From Chloroflexota bacterium (GTDB lineage: Bacteria; Chloroflexota; Limnocylindria; Limnocylindrales; CSP1-4), in contig JANPDO010000246.1 in assembly GCA_031431535.1 (NCBI GenBank), positions 1 through 40,252 on the forward strand: a stretch of DNA of 40,252 bases, read 5' to 3'. The position numbers and the translations under genes are program-made. Below the pieces are notes generated by a model. It had not been told where the DNA came from. It saw only the letters and a list, made by a program, of their open reading frames with translations, and did no database searches. Shown here in pieces: positions 18,302-28,697 of the stretch. How positions within the stretch are numbered: position 1 is the first letter of the stretch; each line of letters starts with the position of its first letter.

Positions 18302-18960
18302 TGAATACCCGCGCCTATCTCGCCGAACTGCTTGGCACGTTCCTGTTCCTGACCATCGGCTACCTCTCCGTGGCGGCGCTCGGTGCCGCGGACGCCAACG
18401 GTCTGCTGGTCGTGCCGTTCGCCTTCAGCTTCGGCCTGCTGGCCGCGATCTTCGCCTTTGGCCACGTGTCCGGCGGTCATTACAACCCGGCCGTCACCGT
18501 GGCTGCCGTGATCGATGGCCGGCTGCCCGCCGCCGACGCCGCCGGGTACCTTGTGGCGCAGGTCCTTGGCGCGCTCGGTGCCGCGGTCGTCGTCCTCGCG
18601 ACCGTCGGCCAGAGTGCCGTCGCGGCGGGTATCACCAGACCCGGTGGCGGCGTGACGGAGGTCGGGGCAATCATCATCGAAGTCGTCCTGACCGCTGGCT
18701 TCGTTGCCGTCATCCTGGCCGCGACCAAACATGCCAGCGCCCTCGCAGCACTCGCGATCCCGCTCACGCTGGTCGCTATCCACTTCGCGGCCGCTCCGTT
18801 GAGCGGCGCATCGGTCAACCCGGTCCGGTCCATCGGGTCGGCGGTCGTCGGTGGAGACATCGCCGTTCTCTGGATCTACATCGTGGCGCCGCTGGTCGGT
18901 GGCGTGATCGGCGCGCTGGTCTACCGGTTTGCCGCCGCTGAGGCGGCCAAGGCGTCCTGA
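18301..18960 (+). CDS. Aquaporin (MIP family, AqpZ-like)
   Basis: AELLGTF, SGGHYNPAVT, SVNPVRS; hydrophobic helices; start overlaps the aldolase stop (alternative ATG 18298). Confidence 0.9.
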   Translation: MNTRAYLAELLGTFLFLTIGYLSVAALGAADANGLLVVPFAFSFGLLAAIFAFGHVSGGHYNPAVTVAAVIDGRLPAADAAGYLVAQVLGALGAAVVVLATVGQSAVAAGITRPGGGVTEVGAIIIEVVLTAGFVAVILAATKHASALAALAIPLTLVAIHFAAAPLSGASVNPVRSIGSAVVGGDIAVLWIYIVAPLVGGVIGALVYRFAAAEAAKAS

Positions 18961-18982
18961 TAACCCAGGCCGTTCAGATGGC

Positions 18983-20071
18983 TCAGGCCGCCCCGCCGCC
19001 CGCGGTCGCGGTCGCGATCGCGGATGGCAGCGCCGGCGTCACGGCCGGGTCCAGCACCGGAAGCGCTCGCCCAGGTGCTGCCAGCCAGCAGGCGGCCGAC
19101 TGACCACCGCCCACGTCGAACAGCGGCGGCTCCTCCACTGCGCAGCGATCGAACGCTTGGGGGCACCGCGGGCGGAATCGGCAGCCACTGGGGATGTGCG
19201 CGGCGTCCGGCGTCTCGCCGGCCAGGATCGTCCGGCTCGCGCGTTGGCCCGGTGTCGGCGGGTCTGGTGAAGGAGACACCGAGACAAGCGCCTGGGTGTA
19301 TGGGTTGCGCGGCGAGCGGATGACCCGCTCGGCCGGGCCGATCTCCATGATCTTGCCGAGATACATCACCGCAATCCGGTCCGCGATGACCCACGCCAAC
19401 GACAGGTCGTGGGTGATGAACAAATAGGTCAGTCCGCGTTCCACCCGCAGGTCCAGCATCAGCCGCAGCAGCTCCGTCCGGATCGACACGTCCAGCATGG
19501 AGACGGGCTCATCGGCGACGATGACGTCGGGATCCAGGACCAGTGCTCCGGCGATGACGACGCGCTGGCGCTGACCGCCCGACAGCTCGTGCGGATAGCG
19601 GGCGGCAAAATCGGCCGCGGGCCGCAGCCCAGCCGACTCGATCGCTGCGATGACTTTCGCCTCACGCTCCCCCGGCGTCCCGATGCCGTTGACCACGAGC
19701 GGCTCCGCCACGAAGTCGCGGATCGTGTGCTTCGGGTCGAGGGTCTCGTACGGGTCCTGGAAGATGAGCTGGACGCGCCGCCGATAGGACCGGAGTTCGC
19801 CCTGGCTCCACAGGTCGGTGATATCCGATCCGTCGAAGTTGATCCGCCCACCGGTTTGGCGAGTGAGCTTGACGATGACCCGCCCGGTCGTCGTCTTGCC
19901 ACTGCCGGACTCTCCCACCAAGGCCAGGACTTCCCCCCGGACAAGGGTGAGGTCAATCCCGTCGACGGCTCGGACGACGCCACGCGGGCGTCGTCGAAGC
20001 ACGTCCAGGAGGCCGGTCGGGATCGGGAAATGGACCTTCAGTCCCTCCAGTCGGAGGACTTCCTCGGCCAT
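18983..20071 (-). CDS. Oligopeptide/dipeptide ABC ATPase (OppF/DppF-like)
   Basis: [25 protein letters not shown]-terminal P.GCRF.PRC. Confidence 0.93.
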   Translation of the reverse strand: MAEEVLRLEGLKVHFPIPTGLLDVLRRRPRGVVRAVDGIDLTLVRGEVLALVGESGSGKTTTGRVIVKLTRQTGGRINFDGSDITDLWSQGELRSYRRRVQLIFQDPYETLDPKHTIRDFVAEPLVVNGIGTPGEREAKVIAAIESAGLRPAADFAARYPHELSGGQRQRVVIAGALVLDPDVIVADEPVSMLDVSIRTELLRLMLDLRVERGLTYLFITHDLSLAWVIADRIAVMYLGKIMEIGPAERVIRSPRNPYTQALVSVSPSPDPPTPGQRASRTILAGETPDAAHIPSGCRFRPRCPQAFDRCAVEEPPLFDVGGGQSAACWLAAPGRALPVLDPAVTPALPSAIATATAGGGAA

Positions 20072-21171
20072 TACGCGACCCCGGAGACCGTGGCCCCGAA
20101 CGCATTCGCTGGCGCGGTCGTGATCGGCGTTCCGTCGCCGTCAGGCAGGTACAAATGGCAGGCGACACGTACGCCGTTGTAGGTCGTCTCGGCGGGCACC
20201 TCCACCGAACAGACATCCAGGGCGAAGGCGCAGCGGGGGGCGAACCGACAGCCCGGCGGGGGGTTGCGCAGGTCCGGCGGCAGGCCCGGGATGACTTCCA
20301 ATGTCCGCCGGTCGGCATGGATATTCGGGAATGCCGCCAGCAGCTTCTGAGTGTACGGGTGGCGCGGCCGTTGGAAGACCTCCGCGACGGGCCCCTCCTC
20401 GGCTACGCGGCCGGCGTACATGATCAGCACCCGGTCGCAGGTCTCGGCGATGACCGACAGGTCGTGGGTGATCAGGATCAACGACAGCCCGAGTTGGCGG
20501 CGGAGATCCTCGATCAGTTTCAGGATCTGGGCCTGGACCATGACGTCCAGCGCCGTCGTCGGTTCGTCGCCGATCACGATCGCCGGATCGCAGGCGAGAG
20601 CCATGGCGATCATCGCCCGTTGGCGCATCCCGCCGGACAGTTCGTGCGGGTAGGCATTCCCCCTGCCGCGCGGGATGCCGACCAGCTCCAGGAGTTCGCC
20701 GGCCCGTTGACGCGCTTCCACCGACGATGCACCAAGGCGTTCCTCGATGGGTTCCGCGATCTGGTCACGCACCCGCCGGACCGGGTTGAGCGCATTCATC
20801 GCCCCCTGGAACACGATCGAGATCTCGCGCCAGCGGTAGCGCCGCAAGGCGTTGTCCGACTTTGGGACGAGGTCGATGCCCATGAGCTTGACGCTGCCAC
20901 CGACGATCCGGGCATTGGGGGGCAGGATCCGGACGAGCGACAGGGCGGTCGTCGTCTTGCCGCACCCCGACTCCCCGGCGATGCCGAGCGCCTCGCCGTG
21001 ATCGAGCCGGAAACTCACCCCGTCGACGGCCCGCACGGTCCCCGACTCGAGGGTGAAGTACGTCTGCAGCCCCTCGACGACGAGCAGCGGTGCGGCGGGG
21101 TCGGCCTGTTTCGGCAGGGTTCGACGGCTGGGCGTGGGCGGGAATTCGGCCGAGGCTGCGTCGGTCGTCAT
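20071..21171 (-). CDS. Oligopeptide/dipeptide ABC ATPase (OppD/DppD-like)
   Basis: [43 protein letters not shown] 21171 overlaps the upstream stop. Confidence 0.93.
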   Translation of the reverse strand: MTTDAASAEFPPTPSRRTLPKQADPAAPLLVVEGLQTYFTLESGTVRAVDGVSFRLDHGEALGIAGESGCGKTTTALSLVRILPPNARIVGGSVKLMGIDLVPKSDNALRRYRWREISIVFQGAMNALNPVRRVRDQIAEPIEERLGASSVEARQRAGELLELVGIPRGRGNAYPHELSGGMRQRAMIAMALACDPAIVIGDEPTTALDVMVQAQILKLIEDLRRQLGLSLILITHDLSVIAETCDRVLIMYAGRVAEEGPVAEVFQRPRHPYTQKLLAAFPNIHADRRTLEVIPGLPPDLRNPPPGCRFAPRCAFALDVCSVEVPAETTYNGVRVACHLYLPDGDGTPITTAPANAFGATVSGVA

Positions 21172-22121
21172 CGGCGGCTCCGCGCCTTCGGATTGAGTAC
21201 GTCGTCCAGCGCGCCGCCGATCAGGGTGAACGCGAGCACGACCAGGACAATGCAGACGCCGGGTGACGCATACCACCACCAGGCGCCGAGGCCGGGTGCA
21301 CCGGCATCCTGCGAGGTGCCGAGGATCTGACCCCACGACGGTGCGAAGGGATCGCCGAGACCGATGAACGAGAGCGTGGTCTCGGTGAGGATGGCGCCCG
21401 CGAACACGAGCACGGCATTGGCGACGATAAGCCCGGTGACGTTCGGCAGGATGTGCACGCGCATCGTGTGCCATCGCCCCGCCCCAATGACCCTGGCGCG
21501 GTCGACGAATGCTCGCTCCTTCACGGACAACGTCTGCGAACGGATGATCCTCGCGGTCGCGGCCCAACTGGTGAGCCCGATGACGAGGACGATGACGAAC
21601 AGCGTCGTCCGAAGGCCGGCGATCTCGCCGCTGCCGATGACGTCGAGCACGATCGGCGCGAGGATCAACGCGAGGACAAAGGTCGGTAGGACGAGGAAGA
21701 AGTCCGTCACTCGCATGATGACCGAGTCGGTGGTGCCGCCGACAAAGCCGGACACGATCCCGAGCAGGGCGCCGATGACGACGGTGACGAGGGTCGCCAG
21801 GAAGCCGATCAGCATCGAGATCCGGGCTCCGTGGACCGTCAGGTTCAACACGTCGCGACCCAGGTTGTCGGTTCCGAGCAGGTGGTCCGCAGACGGCGGC
21901 TCAAGGCGACCGCCTGTCGAGGTCGTGACCGACTCCAGCGGGCCGACGAAGAGCGAGGGCGCGACAGCAAGGACGGCGAAGAAGCCGATGATGCTCAGCC
22001 CGAGCAGGCCCTCCGGTCGACGCAGCAAGCGTCGTGCAAAGTCGAACCACGAGGCGATGCGGAGGGTCCAACGCCCGGGATGCCGGCCTTGCGGTCGGAC
22101 GGTTACGGGTTGCGCGCTCAT
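21168..22121 (-). CDS. Peptide ABC permease (OppC/DppC-like)
   Basis: HLLGTDNLGRD, GARIS, EAA-loop FVDRARVIGA, HILPN, LSFIGLG...SWG. Confidence 0.93.
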   Translation of the reverse strand: MSAQPVTVRPQGRHPGRWTLRIASWFDFARRLLRRPEGLLGLSIIGFFAVLAVAPSLFVGPLESVTTSTGGRLEPPSADHLLGTDNLGRDVLNLTVHGARISMLIGFLATLVTVVIGALLGIVSGFVGGTTDSVIMRVTDFFLVLPTFVLALILAPIVLDVIGSGEIAGLRTTLFVIVLVIGLTSWAATARIIRSQTLSVKERAFVDRARVIGAGRWHTMRVHILPNVTGLIVANAVLVFAGAILTETTLSFIGLGDPFAPSWGQILGTSQDAGAPGLGAWWWYASPGVCIVLVVLAFTLIGGALDDVLNPKARSRR

Positions 22122-23089
22122 GTCCGCACCCGGGGGTCGAGCCATCCATAGACGATGTCGGCCACGAGATTCGCGAGCACAACCGTGATCGCCAGCATCA
22201 GGAAGACCCCTTGCAGCAAGGGGTAGTCACGGGCCTCGAGTGCCTCCTGCGTGAGCGTCCCCAGGCCCGGCCAGCTGAACACCACCTCGACGGTGATGGC
22301 ACCGGCGACGATGTAGCCCAGGTTGATCCCGATGAGCGACACCGTCGGGAGCAGCGCGTTGGGCACGGCGTGCCCCCGCAGGATCCGCGAATCCGAGATC
22401 CCCATCGCTTTGGCGGTGGTCACGTAGTCCTCGGCGCGCGTCTCGATGATGGACGAGCGCATCAGGATCGAGTACTGGCCGATGAGCCCAAGGCTCACCG
22501 AGGCCAACGGCAGGATGAGGTGGTGCAGGAAGTCGAGGACCTGATCGGCGAACGACGCGTAGGTCTGGCCAAGGGTGAACATCCCGGTCGTCGGGAACCA
22601 GCGCAGCGTGGTGGCGAAGATGACGAGCAGGATCATGCCCAGCAGGAAGTAGGGAATCGAGTACAGGATCAGCGAGATCCCATTGCCGCCGTAGTCGACG
22701 GGACTGCCGCGTTTCCAGCCGCTGTACGCGCCGAGGACCAACCCGGCGACGATCGCGATCAGTTCACCAAGGCCGAACAGGATGAGTGTCGGCCAGACCC
22801 GGGCGGCGATGACGTCCGTCACCTCCTTGCCCTTGAACTTGAAGGATTCGCCGAAGTCGCCCTGCACTGTAGCCGCGACGTACGCCACGAACTGGTCCGG
22901 GATAAGCGGCTTGTCCAGACCCCAGCGCTCCCGAAGGGCGGCCCTGGCCTCGACCGATGCGTTCGGATTGTGGGAAACCCGATCCGGTGAGCCCGGCATC
23001 ATCCGAAAGAGGACGAAGTTGAGCACGACGATTCCCGCGATTGTCAGCACCGCTAGCGAGATCCGGCGCGAGAGGTATCGCGTGCCCAT
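22118..23089 (-). CDS. Peptide ABC permease (OppB/DppB-like)
   Basis: GLDKP, GDFG.S, DYVTTAKAMG, EVVFSWPGLG, RDYP, LDPRV. Confidence 0.93.
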   Translation of the reverse strand: MGTRYLSRRISLAVLTIAGIVVLNFVLFRMMPGSPDRVSHNPNASVEARAALRERWGLDKPLIPDQFVAYVAATVQGDFGESFKFKGKEVTDVIAARVWPTLILFGLGELIAIVAGLVLGAYSGWKRGSPVDYGGNGISLILYSIPYFLLGMILLVIFATTLRWFPTTGMFTLGQTYASFADQVLDFLHHLILPLASVSLGLIGQYSILMRSSIIETRAEDYVTTAKAMGISDSRILRGHAVPNALLPTVSLIGINLGYIVAGAITVEVVFSWPGLGTLTQEALEARDYPLLQGVFLMLAITVVLANLVADIVYGWLDPRVRT

Positions 23090-23139
23090 CGGTAGCGGTC
23101 CCTAGGGCTGGCCGAGAGCCCGCCTGCCTCGGCCCCCCG

Positions 23140-25059
23140 TCACTCCTCTTCCTTCGCCGATCTCCCACGACGCAGGGCGACGACCGCGACCGCGCCGAAG
23201 ACGATTAACAGGGCGGCCCCCCCAAACATCAGCCCGCTGTCGTTCCCGCCTGACGTATCGGAGCCGCTTTCAACCGGCGCGGGTGCAGCCGATGGGCCAG
23301 GTGATTCCGTCGCGCCCGGTGCCGCCGACACCGGCACTTCGTTCGATGGGGCCGCGGTGACGACCGGCTCAGGTACGGTCAGGTAGTTGTAGCTGGGAAC
23401 GCCGTAGCCGAAGAACGGCAAACCCCCGTCGATCGGGGTGAGCGGCCAGCCAACAAACTTGTCTGTCCGGTACGCGTGGAGGGCGGAGTCGTAGAACAGG
23501 ATGTGGTACGGGGCCTGGTCGTACACGATCTGCTGCATCTCATCGACATAGGCCTTCCGCGTGGCCTGATCCGTCTCGCTGCTCTGGAGGGTCATGAGTT
23601 CGTCATAGCGGGCATTCGAGAAGAACGTGTCGCTATTGCTGCCGATGGCGCTGGTCGTCAGGATGTTGAGCAACGAGTTTGGGTCGACGTCGCCAGCCCA
23701 GTTCCAGATGACGACATCGAAGTCCGCCTTGCCGGGCGGATCACCCTCGGGTGGCGTCTCCAGTGCCGTGACGGTGTCCCCATCCAGCGACTGCGTGGTC
23801 ATGTCGATGCCGAGTTCCTTCCACCAGCCAGTGATGAACTCGGCACTCGTGCTGTAGGTCGTCGAGCTGCTCGGGACAACCATCTTCAGGTTGATCGGCT
23901 TGTCCTCCTTGTCGAGGCGCCTGCCGTTCGAGTCCAGCTTGTAGCCCGCAGCATCGAGTTTCTGCTTGGCGAGCTCGATGTCGAACGTCCGCAGGTTGTT
24001 CGGCTCGAGGTGCCAGAGCCCGCCGGCCATGGCCGGCGGGATGATCGTGCTGCCCACGAGCCCGTGACCGCCAAGGACCTTGTCGATCAGCGCCGGCTTG
24101 TCAATGGCGTAGCCCAGGGCGTCACGGAAGGCGGGATCCTGGAGCGCCTTGGTCGAGGCGCCACCGTCCTTGATCGGCTTGCTGTAGGTGTTGAAGTTGA
24201 TCTGGGTAAAGGCGTTGGCCTCGGCCGCCAGGGACGATTCGACCGTAACGATGTTCGGCAGGCCCTTGAGCGAGTCGAACTGGTCTGCGGTCACGTTCCG
24301 GGCGTAGTCGATGTCGCCGGCCTTGAGCGCCTCGGTCATCGCGCCCTCGTCATTGAAGAACTGGAAATAGACCTCGTCCTGCGCGCCCTTCGGTCCCCAG
24401 TAGTTGGGGTTCCGTACCATTCGGACATACTCGCCGGCCTTCCATTCGACCGCCTGGTAGGCGCCGGTCCCGACGACAGGCGCCTCATTCGGGTCCGTAC
24501 CGATCTCCCGCGTCTCCCAGATGTGCTTGGGGAGGATGGGCAGGTAGGACGTCAGGATCTGACGGTTGGGTGTCGTGGTCTCTAGGACGAGCGTTTGCGG
24601 GTCCGGCGCCGAGACCGACGTGACAACGGCGTACGTCAAGTAGACGTCAAGATAGCCCGCCCCGACGTAGCCATCGCTGGCCTGCCCGTCCAGGAGGGTC
24701 TGAATCGTCCAGCGAGCGTCCTCCGAAGTCGCGGGCCGGCCGTCCGACCATGTCAGATCGGGGTTGATCTTGAATGTCCAGGTCGTTCCGTCCTGGGTCC
24801 AGGACGCAGCGAAGCCGGGCGCCGGCTCGGAATCCTGGCCGAAACCTACGAGCAGGTCGTAGTTGAGTCCGAACACCTCCCAGCCGATGTAGTACTCCGT
24901 CAGGTATGGGTTCATCGCGTCGAGGTCCTGGACAGTGCCGACTTTCAGGACGACCGGGTCCACGGCGGCGACCGGGACCGCTGCCGGCAGGAGCAGGGCG
25001 GCGATCAGGGCGCCGGCGGCGAGGATTCGGGCCATTCGAACGCGCAGGGTGGATCGCAA
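23140..25059 (-). CDS. Peptide ABC substrate-binding protein (family 5) with C-terminal membrane anchor
   Basis: WSDG.P.T.ED, VGTGAY, RNPNYWG, FRDAL.YAIDK. SD GAGGAGG then TTG 25059 (alternative ATG 25035). C-terminal hydrophobic helix plus RRGR. Confidence 0.92.
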   Translation of the reverse strand: MRSTLRVRMARILAAGALIAALLLPAAVPVAAVDPVVLKVGTVQDLDAMNPYLTEYYIGWEVFGLNYDLLVGFGQDSEPAPGFAASWTQDGTTWTFKINPDLTWSDGRPATSEDARWTIQTLLDGQASDGYVGAGYLDVYLTYAVVTSVSAPDPQTLVLETTTPNRQILTSYLPILPKHIWETREIGTDPNEAPVVGTGAYQAVEWKAGEYVRMVRNPNYWGPKGAQDEVYFQFFNDEGAMTEALKAGDIDYARNVTADQFDSLKGLPNIVTVESSLAAEANAFTQINFNTYSKPIKDGGASTKALQDPAFRDALGYAIDKPALIDKVLGGHGLVGSTIIPPAMAGGLWHLEPNNLRTFDIELAKQKLDAAGYKLDSNGRRLDKEDKPINLKMVVPSSSTTYSTSAEFITGWWKELGIDMTTQSLDGDTVTALETPPEGDPPGKADFDVVIWNWAGDVDPNSLLNILTTSAIGSNSDTFFSNARYDELMTLQSSETDQATRKAYVDEMQQIVYDQAPYHILFYDSALHAYRTDKFVGWPLTPIDGGLPFFGYGVPSYNYLTVPEPVVTAAPSNEVPVSAAPGATESPGPSAAPAPVESGSDTSGGNDSGLMFGGAALLIVFGAVAVVALRRGRSAKEEE

Positions 25060-25211
25060 CGAAACATCCTCCTCTGGCGGGGCCGTCTCTCCCGGGCTGC
25101 TGCCCCGCTCCCGCTGGCTGGCGGTACGGTGGCACACGTGGTGATCCCTGCGCAAGCCCGAACCGCAGAGCGCGCCGCCAGCGCCAAACGAGTCTGCGCC
25201 GACGTGACGGC

Positions 25212-25231
25212 GCACAGTTGTGTGCTATCGT
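25212..25231 (+). promoter_or_regulatory. vapBC operator/promoter: GCACA-N4-TGTGC inverted repeat abutting -10 TATCGT
   Basis: IR at 25212-25225, -10 at 25226-25231, ATG 6 nt downstream; layout typical of TA autoregulation. Confidence 0.55.
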
Positions 25232-25237
25232 CAGCCC

Positions 25238-25495
25238 ATGAATGTGCGCACGAACCTGCTCCTGCCAGAGGATCTGGTGGCCGGTATTGACGAGGTCGCC
25301 GGGCCGCGCGGGCGGAGCCGGTACGTGGCTGAGGCCGTCGAACAGCGCCTGCGTCGCGATCGCTGGTGGGTTGCGGCCCAGGCGGCCGCTGGTGCCTGGA
25401 AAGACCACCCGCTGTTCCCGACCGATGAATCGGTCGTCGAATGGGTGCGCGCTGGCCGGGCGGAGGGCACCGACCCTTGGGAAGACCCTCAATGA
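25238..25495 (+). CDS. vapB: VapB-type antitoxin (ribbon-helix-helix)
   Basis: RTNLLLPEDLV..ID...G.R.RSRYV.EAV RHH pattern; ATGA overlap with the PIN gene. Confidence 0.8.
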   Translation: MNVRTNLLLPEDLVAGIDEVAGPRGRSRYVAEAVEQRLRRDRWWVAAQAAAGAWKDHPLFPTDESVVEWVRAGRAEGTDPWEDPQ

Positions 25496-25872
25496 AGCTC
25501 ATGCTGGATACGACATTTGTGATCGACTACTTGCGCCAGCAGCCGGAAGCGCTGTCGCGGCTGCGATCGATCTACGAAGCTGGCGATGAGCCATTGATTA
25601 CGAGTGTCGTCGTCTCGGAATCCTGGAGTGGTGCTCGTTCATCGCATGATGACGACCTCGATGCGTTTCTGCGGTATCTCGAATACGTGGATCCCGGGCC
25701 AACGACGTCCCGACTTGCGGGTATCTGGCGAGCAGCGGCCCGCCTTGCCGGGCGAACACTCAGCATCGAGGACGCGCTCATCGGCGCGACTGCCTTTGAT
25801 CAGGGAGCTGCGGTGCTGACCCGCAACGTCAAGGACTTCTCGCAGATGCCGGTACGCATCGAGACCTACTGA
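25492..25872 (+). CDS. vapC: VapC PIN-domain toxin
   Basis: LDTTFVID, VVSE, DALIGATA and TRNVKDF acidic PIN active-site residues. Confidence 0.9.
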   Translation: MKLMLDTTFVIDYLRQQPEALSRLRSIYEAGDEPLITSVVVSESWSGARSSHDDDLDAFLRYLEYVDPGPTTSRLAGIWRAAARLAGRTLSIEDALIGATAFDQGAAVLTRNVKDFSQMPVRIETY

Positions 25873-26441
25873 CCGGCGGCGCGACCCGTCGGCCGCAGGA
25901 GCCCGAGCCGCTGGAGCGCGATCACGGTCATCGCGTCGGTGATCCGGCCGTCGATGGTCATGGCCAGGGCCTCCTCGAAGGGCAGCCAGCGGATCGCCAG
26001 CGCCTCGGTGCCCTCGGGCGTCGCGGGACCGGCGGTCAGGCCGGAGGCCAGGTAGAGCACCGCGAGCTCGTCCGAGACCGAGTTGGAGAGGTGGCAGCGG
26101 GCGAGCTCCTGCCATGTCGCGGCTTCCCACCCCGTCTCCTCGCGGAGTTCGCGCCGCGCCCCGTCGAGGGCCGACTCGCCGGCCGGCACGCCGCCCTCGG
26201 GAATCTCCCAGGAGTATGCGTCCAGCGCATAACGGTGCTGCCCAACGAGCAGGACCTGATCCATCTCGTCGAGGGCCACGACACCCACGGCCAGGTTGGC
26301 GTAATGGACCACGCCGTAGATTCCGGGAGCGCCGTCCGGGCGCGTCACATCGTCGTGCCAGATGGTGATCCAGGCATTGTCATAGGCGACCCGCCGGCTG
26401 TGGCGAGTCCACGGGCCTGACCTGACAGGGCGGTCCTCCAT
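25866..26441 (-). CDS. NUDIX hydrolase (ADP-ribose pyrophosphatase-like)
   Basis: Nudix box GGVPAGESALDGARRELREETG; QHRY, WEIP and ITDA motifs. Confidence 0.92.
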   Translation of the reverse strand: MEDRPVRSGPWTRHSRRVAYDNAWITIWHDDVTRPDGAPGIYGVVHYANLAVGVVALDEMDQVLLVGQHRYALDAYSWEIPEGGVPAGESALDGARRELREETGWEAATWQELARCHLSNSVSDELAVLYLASGLTAGPATPEGTEALAIRWLPFEEALAMTIDGRITDAMTVIALQRLGLLRPTGRAAGQ

Positions 26442-26510
26442 GGCGGCATCGTCGCACGACGTGGTCGGCGGCGTCGGTACCTCGACGACGGCGGATAGAC
26501 TCGCGGGTGC

Positions 26511-28694
26511 ATGCCTGCGATTGATCTGTCATTCGATGCGGACCCCGCCCACGGCCGGCCCGCAAGTGCGCCCCGCCACGAGGTCGAGACACGTTGGGGC
26601 GTGGCGATCCAGGCGCGCAACGGTATCGAACTCTCGGCCAACCTGTGGCTGCCGATCCCCCTCCCCGCCGAGGAAGACCCTGCGCCCGAGGTCCGCTTCC
26701 CGGCCGTTCTCGAGATGATCCCGTACGGCAAGGACAGCTGGCGTCGTAACGCGGACGTCGCCCGGGGCACCTATCTCGCGCGACGCGGCTACGTGCTGTG
26801 CCGGGTGGACGTGCGCGGGACTGGATCATCTGGTGGAGTCGCGCTGGACGAATACACCGAGGCTGAGACGTTGGACGGGTACGACGCCGTCGAGTGGCTG
26901 GCGGGCCAATCGTGGTGCACCGGCGCGGTCGGAATGTGGGGGATCAGCTACGGCGGGTTCACCGCGATCCAGGTGGCCAAGTTGCGGCCACCGCACCTGC
27001 GCGCCATCGTCCCGATCCAGGCCACGGACGATCGCTACCTGACCGATGTTCACTACATCGGGGGCTGTGTCACCGCGAGCGAGCTCAGCCAGTACGCGGT
27101 CAGCCAGGTGGCGATGAACGCGATGCCACCGGATCCGGCGATCCGCGGCGAGACGTGGCGCGCGGACTGGCTCGCCCGGTTGGAGGCGACGCCGCCGTGG
27201 CTGTTCGAATGGCTGCGCCAGCAGCACGATGGGCCGTACTGGCGTCTCGGCTCCGTGGCGCCTGAATACGATGCCATCGAGGCTGCGATCCTCAACTTCG
27301 GCGGCTGGATGGATTCCTACGTGGACGCGGCGTTCCGGATGCAGGCCGCCTGCACGGCGCCATCGCGGACGATCGTGGGCAACTGGGTGCATGGGCTACC
27401 CGCGTCGGCGACTCCGGGACCAAACGTGGACGAGCTGCACGAGATGGTCCGCTTCTTCGATCGATGGCTCAAGGGACTGCCGATCGGTGCGGATGCGGAG
27501 CCGCCGATCGTCTGGTTCGAGCACGAGTATGCCGAGCCTGAGGCGTTCCCGGCTAGCCTCCCGGGGCGTTGGCGCGCGGCCGCCGCGTATCCCCATCCCT
27601 CGGCCAGGTCGCTGGCGTGGTCGTTTGCCGGCGGATCGCTGCCGCTGATCGGACGGCTCGTCGAGGACGGTTGGGCGGATGGGGCGGCGGGCGGTGGGGC
27701 CGAGGGCACGGCGTTCGGCGGGGTGGACGGCGCAACAAAGCCGGAGCCCGCCGGCGTCGATCGATACCCCCACCGCCCGACGATCGGGACCCGTGCCGCC
27801 CTGTCCTGGGGGGCCGGCGGGCCGCCCAACGGCCTGGCCCGCGACTTGCGCCCGGACGAGAGTCTCGGCCCGACCTATACCTCGGATCCGCTCGAGTCGG
27901 CGCTGGAGGTGCTGGGCGTCCCGGAGGTCGTGCTCTTCCTGGCGGTTTCGGCGCCGGTGGCCACGGCGGTTGTCCGTCTCGCCGACGTGGCGCCGGATGG
28001 CTCCTCGGCGCAGGTCTCGGCCGGGATCCTCAACCTGACCCATCGGCGGTCCCATTCCACACCTGAGCCCCTCGTGCCCGGTGCCGTGGAAGAGGTGCGC
28101 GTCGCCCTGCGTGCGGCGGGATATCGATTCCTTCCGGGCCATCGGATCCGGGTCTCGGTTGCGTCGGCTGCCTGGCCGGTCATCTGGCCATCGCCGTTCC
28201 CCGCCACCTTCGAGCTGCACCGCGGGCCCGCTTGCCCGTCCCGACTCATCCTGCCGGTCGTGCCACCAGCCGGTGGGTCCGCTGACCTGCCGGTGCCGGC
28301 GTTCAAGACCACGCCACCGGAGGCGCCTGAGGTTGGCGGGGAGGGCAGCGCCGACCGGCCGGTCTGGCTCATTGCCCAGGACGTCATCGAGGACACCGTC
28401 ACCGTCACCATCCACGACGGCGGTGAGGACCTGCTCGACGACGGCCGTCGACTCTACTCGGCCGAGACCCTGACGCTGACGGCCAGTGATCGTGACCCGG
28501 CTAGCGCCTCGCTCAAGGCCGATGTCATCTATCGCTGGCATGAGCACGCGTTCGAAACCGAGATCCGCGCACGCTCACTGCAAACGAGCAATGCCGCCAC
28601 GTTTGAATTGGTCGTCGAACTGGAGGTCGACCTCAATGGCGAGCCATTCTTCCACCGCCGATGGCATGAGTCGATCCCGCGCCGACTCGTTTGA
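26511..28694 (+). CDS. CocE/NonD family hydrolase (peptidase S15-like)
   Basis: PYGK, DVRGTGSS.G, GISYGG nucleophile, GWMD, G.WVH; PepX-like C-terminal domain. Confidence 0.92.
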   Translation: MPAIDLSFDADPAHGRPASAPRHEVETRWGVAIQARNGIELSANLWLPIPLPAEEDPAPEVRFPAVLEMIPYGKDSWRRNADVARGTYLARRGYVLCRVDVRGTGSSGGVALDEYTEAETLDGYDAVEWLAGQSWCTGAVGMWGISYGGFTAIQVAKLRPPHLRAIVPIQATDDRYLTDVHYIGGCVTASELSQYAVSQVAMNAMPPDPAIRGETWRADWLARLEATPPWLFEWLRQQHDGPYWRLGSVAPEYDAIEAAILNFGGWMDSYVDAAFRMQAACTAPSRTIVGNWVHGLPASATPGPNVDELHEMVRFFDRWLKGLPIGADAEPPIVWFEHEYAEPEAFPASLPGRWRAAAAYPHPSARSLAWSFAGGSLPLIGRLVEDGWADGAAGGGAEGTAFGGVDGATKPEPAGVDRYPHRPTIGTRAALSWGAGGPPNGLARDLRPDESLGPTYTSDPLESALEVLGVPEVVLFLAVSAPVATAVVRLADVAPDGSSAQVSAGILNLTHRRSHSTPEPLVPGAVEEVRVALRAAGYRFLPGHRIRVSVASAAWPVIWPSPFPATFELHRGPACPSRLILPVVPPAGGSADLPVPAFKTTPPEAPEVGGEGSADRPVWLIAQDVIEDTVTVTIHDGGEDLLDDGRRLYSAETLTLTASDRDPASASLKADVIYRWHEHAFETEIRARSLQTSNAATFELVVELEVDLNGEPFFHRRWHESIPRRLV

Positions 28695-28697
28695 GCC

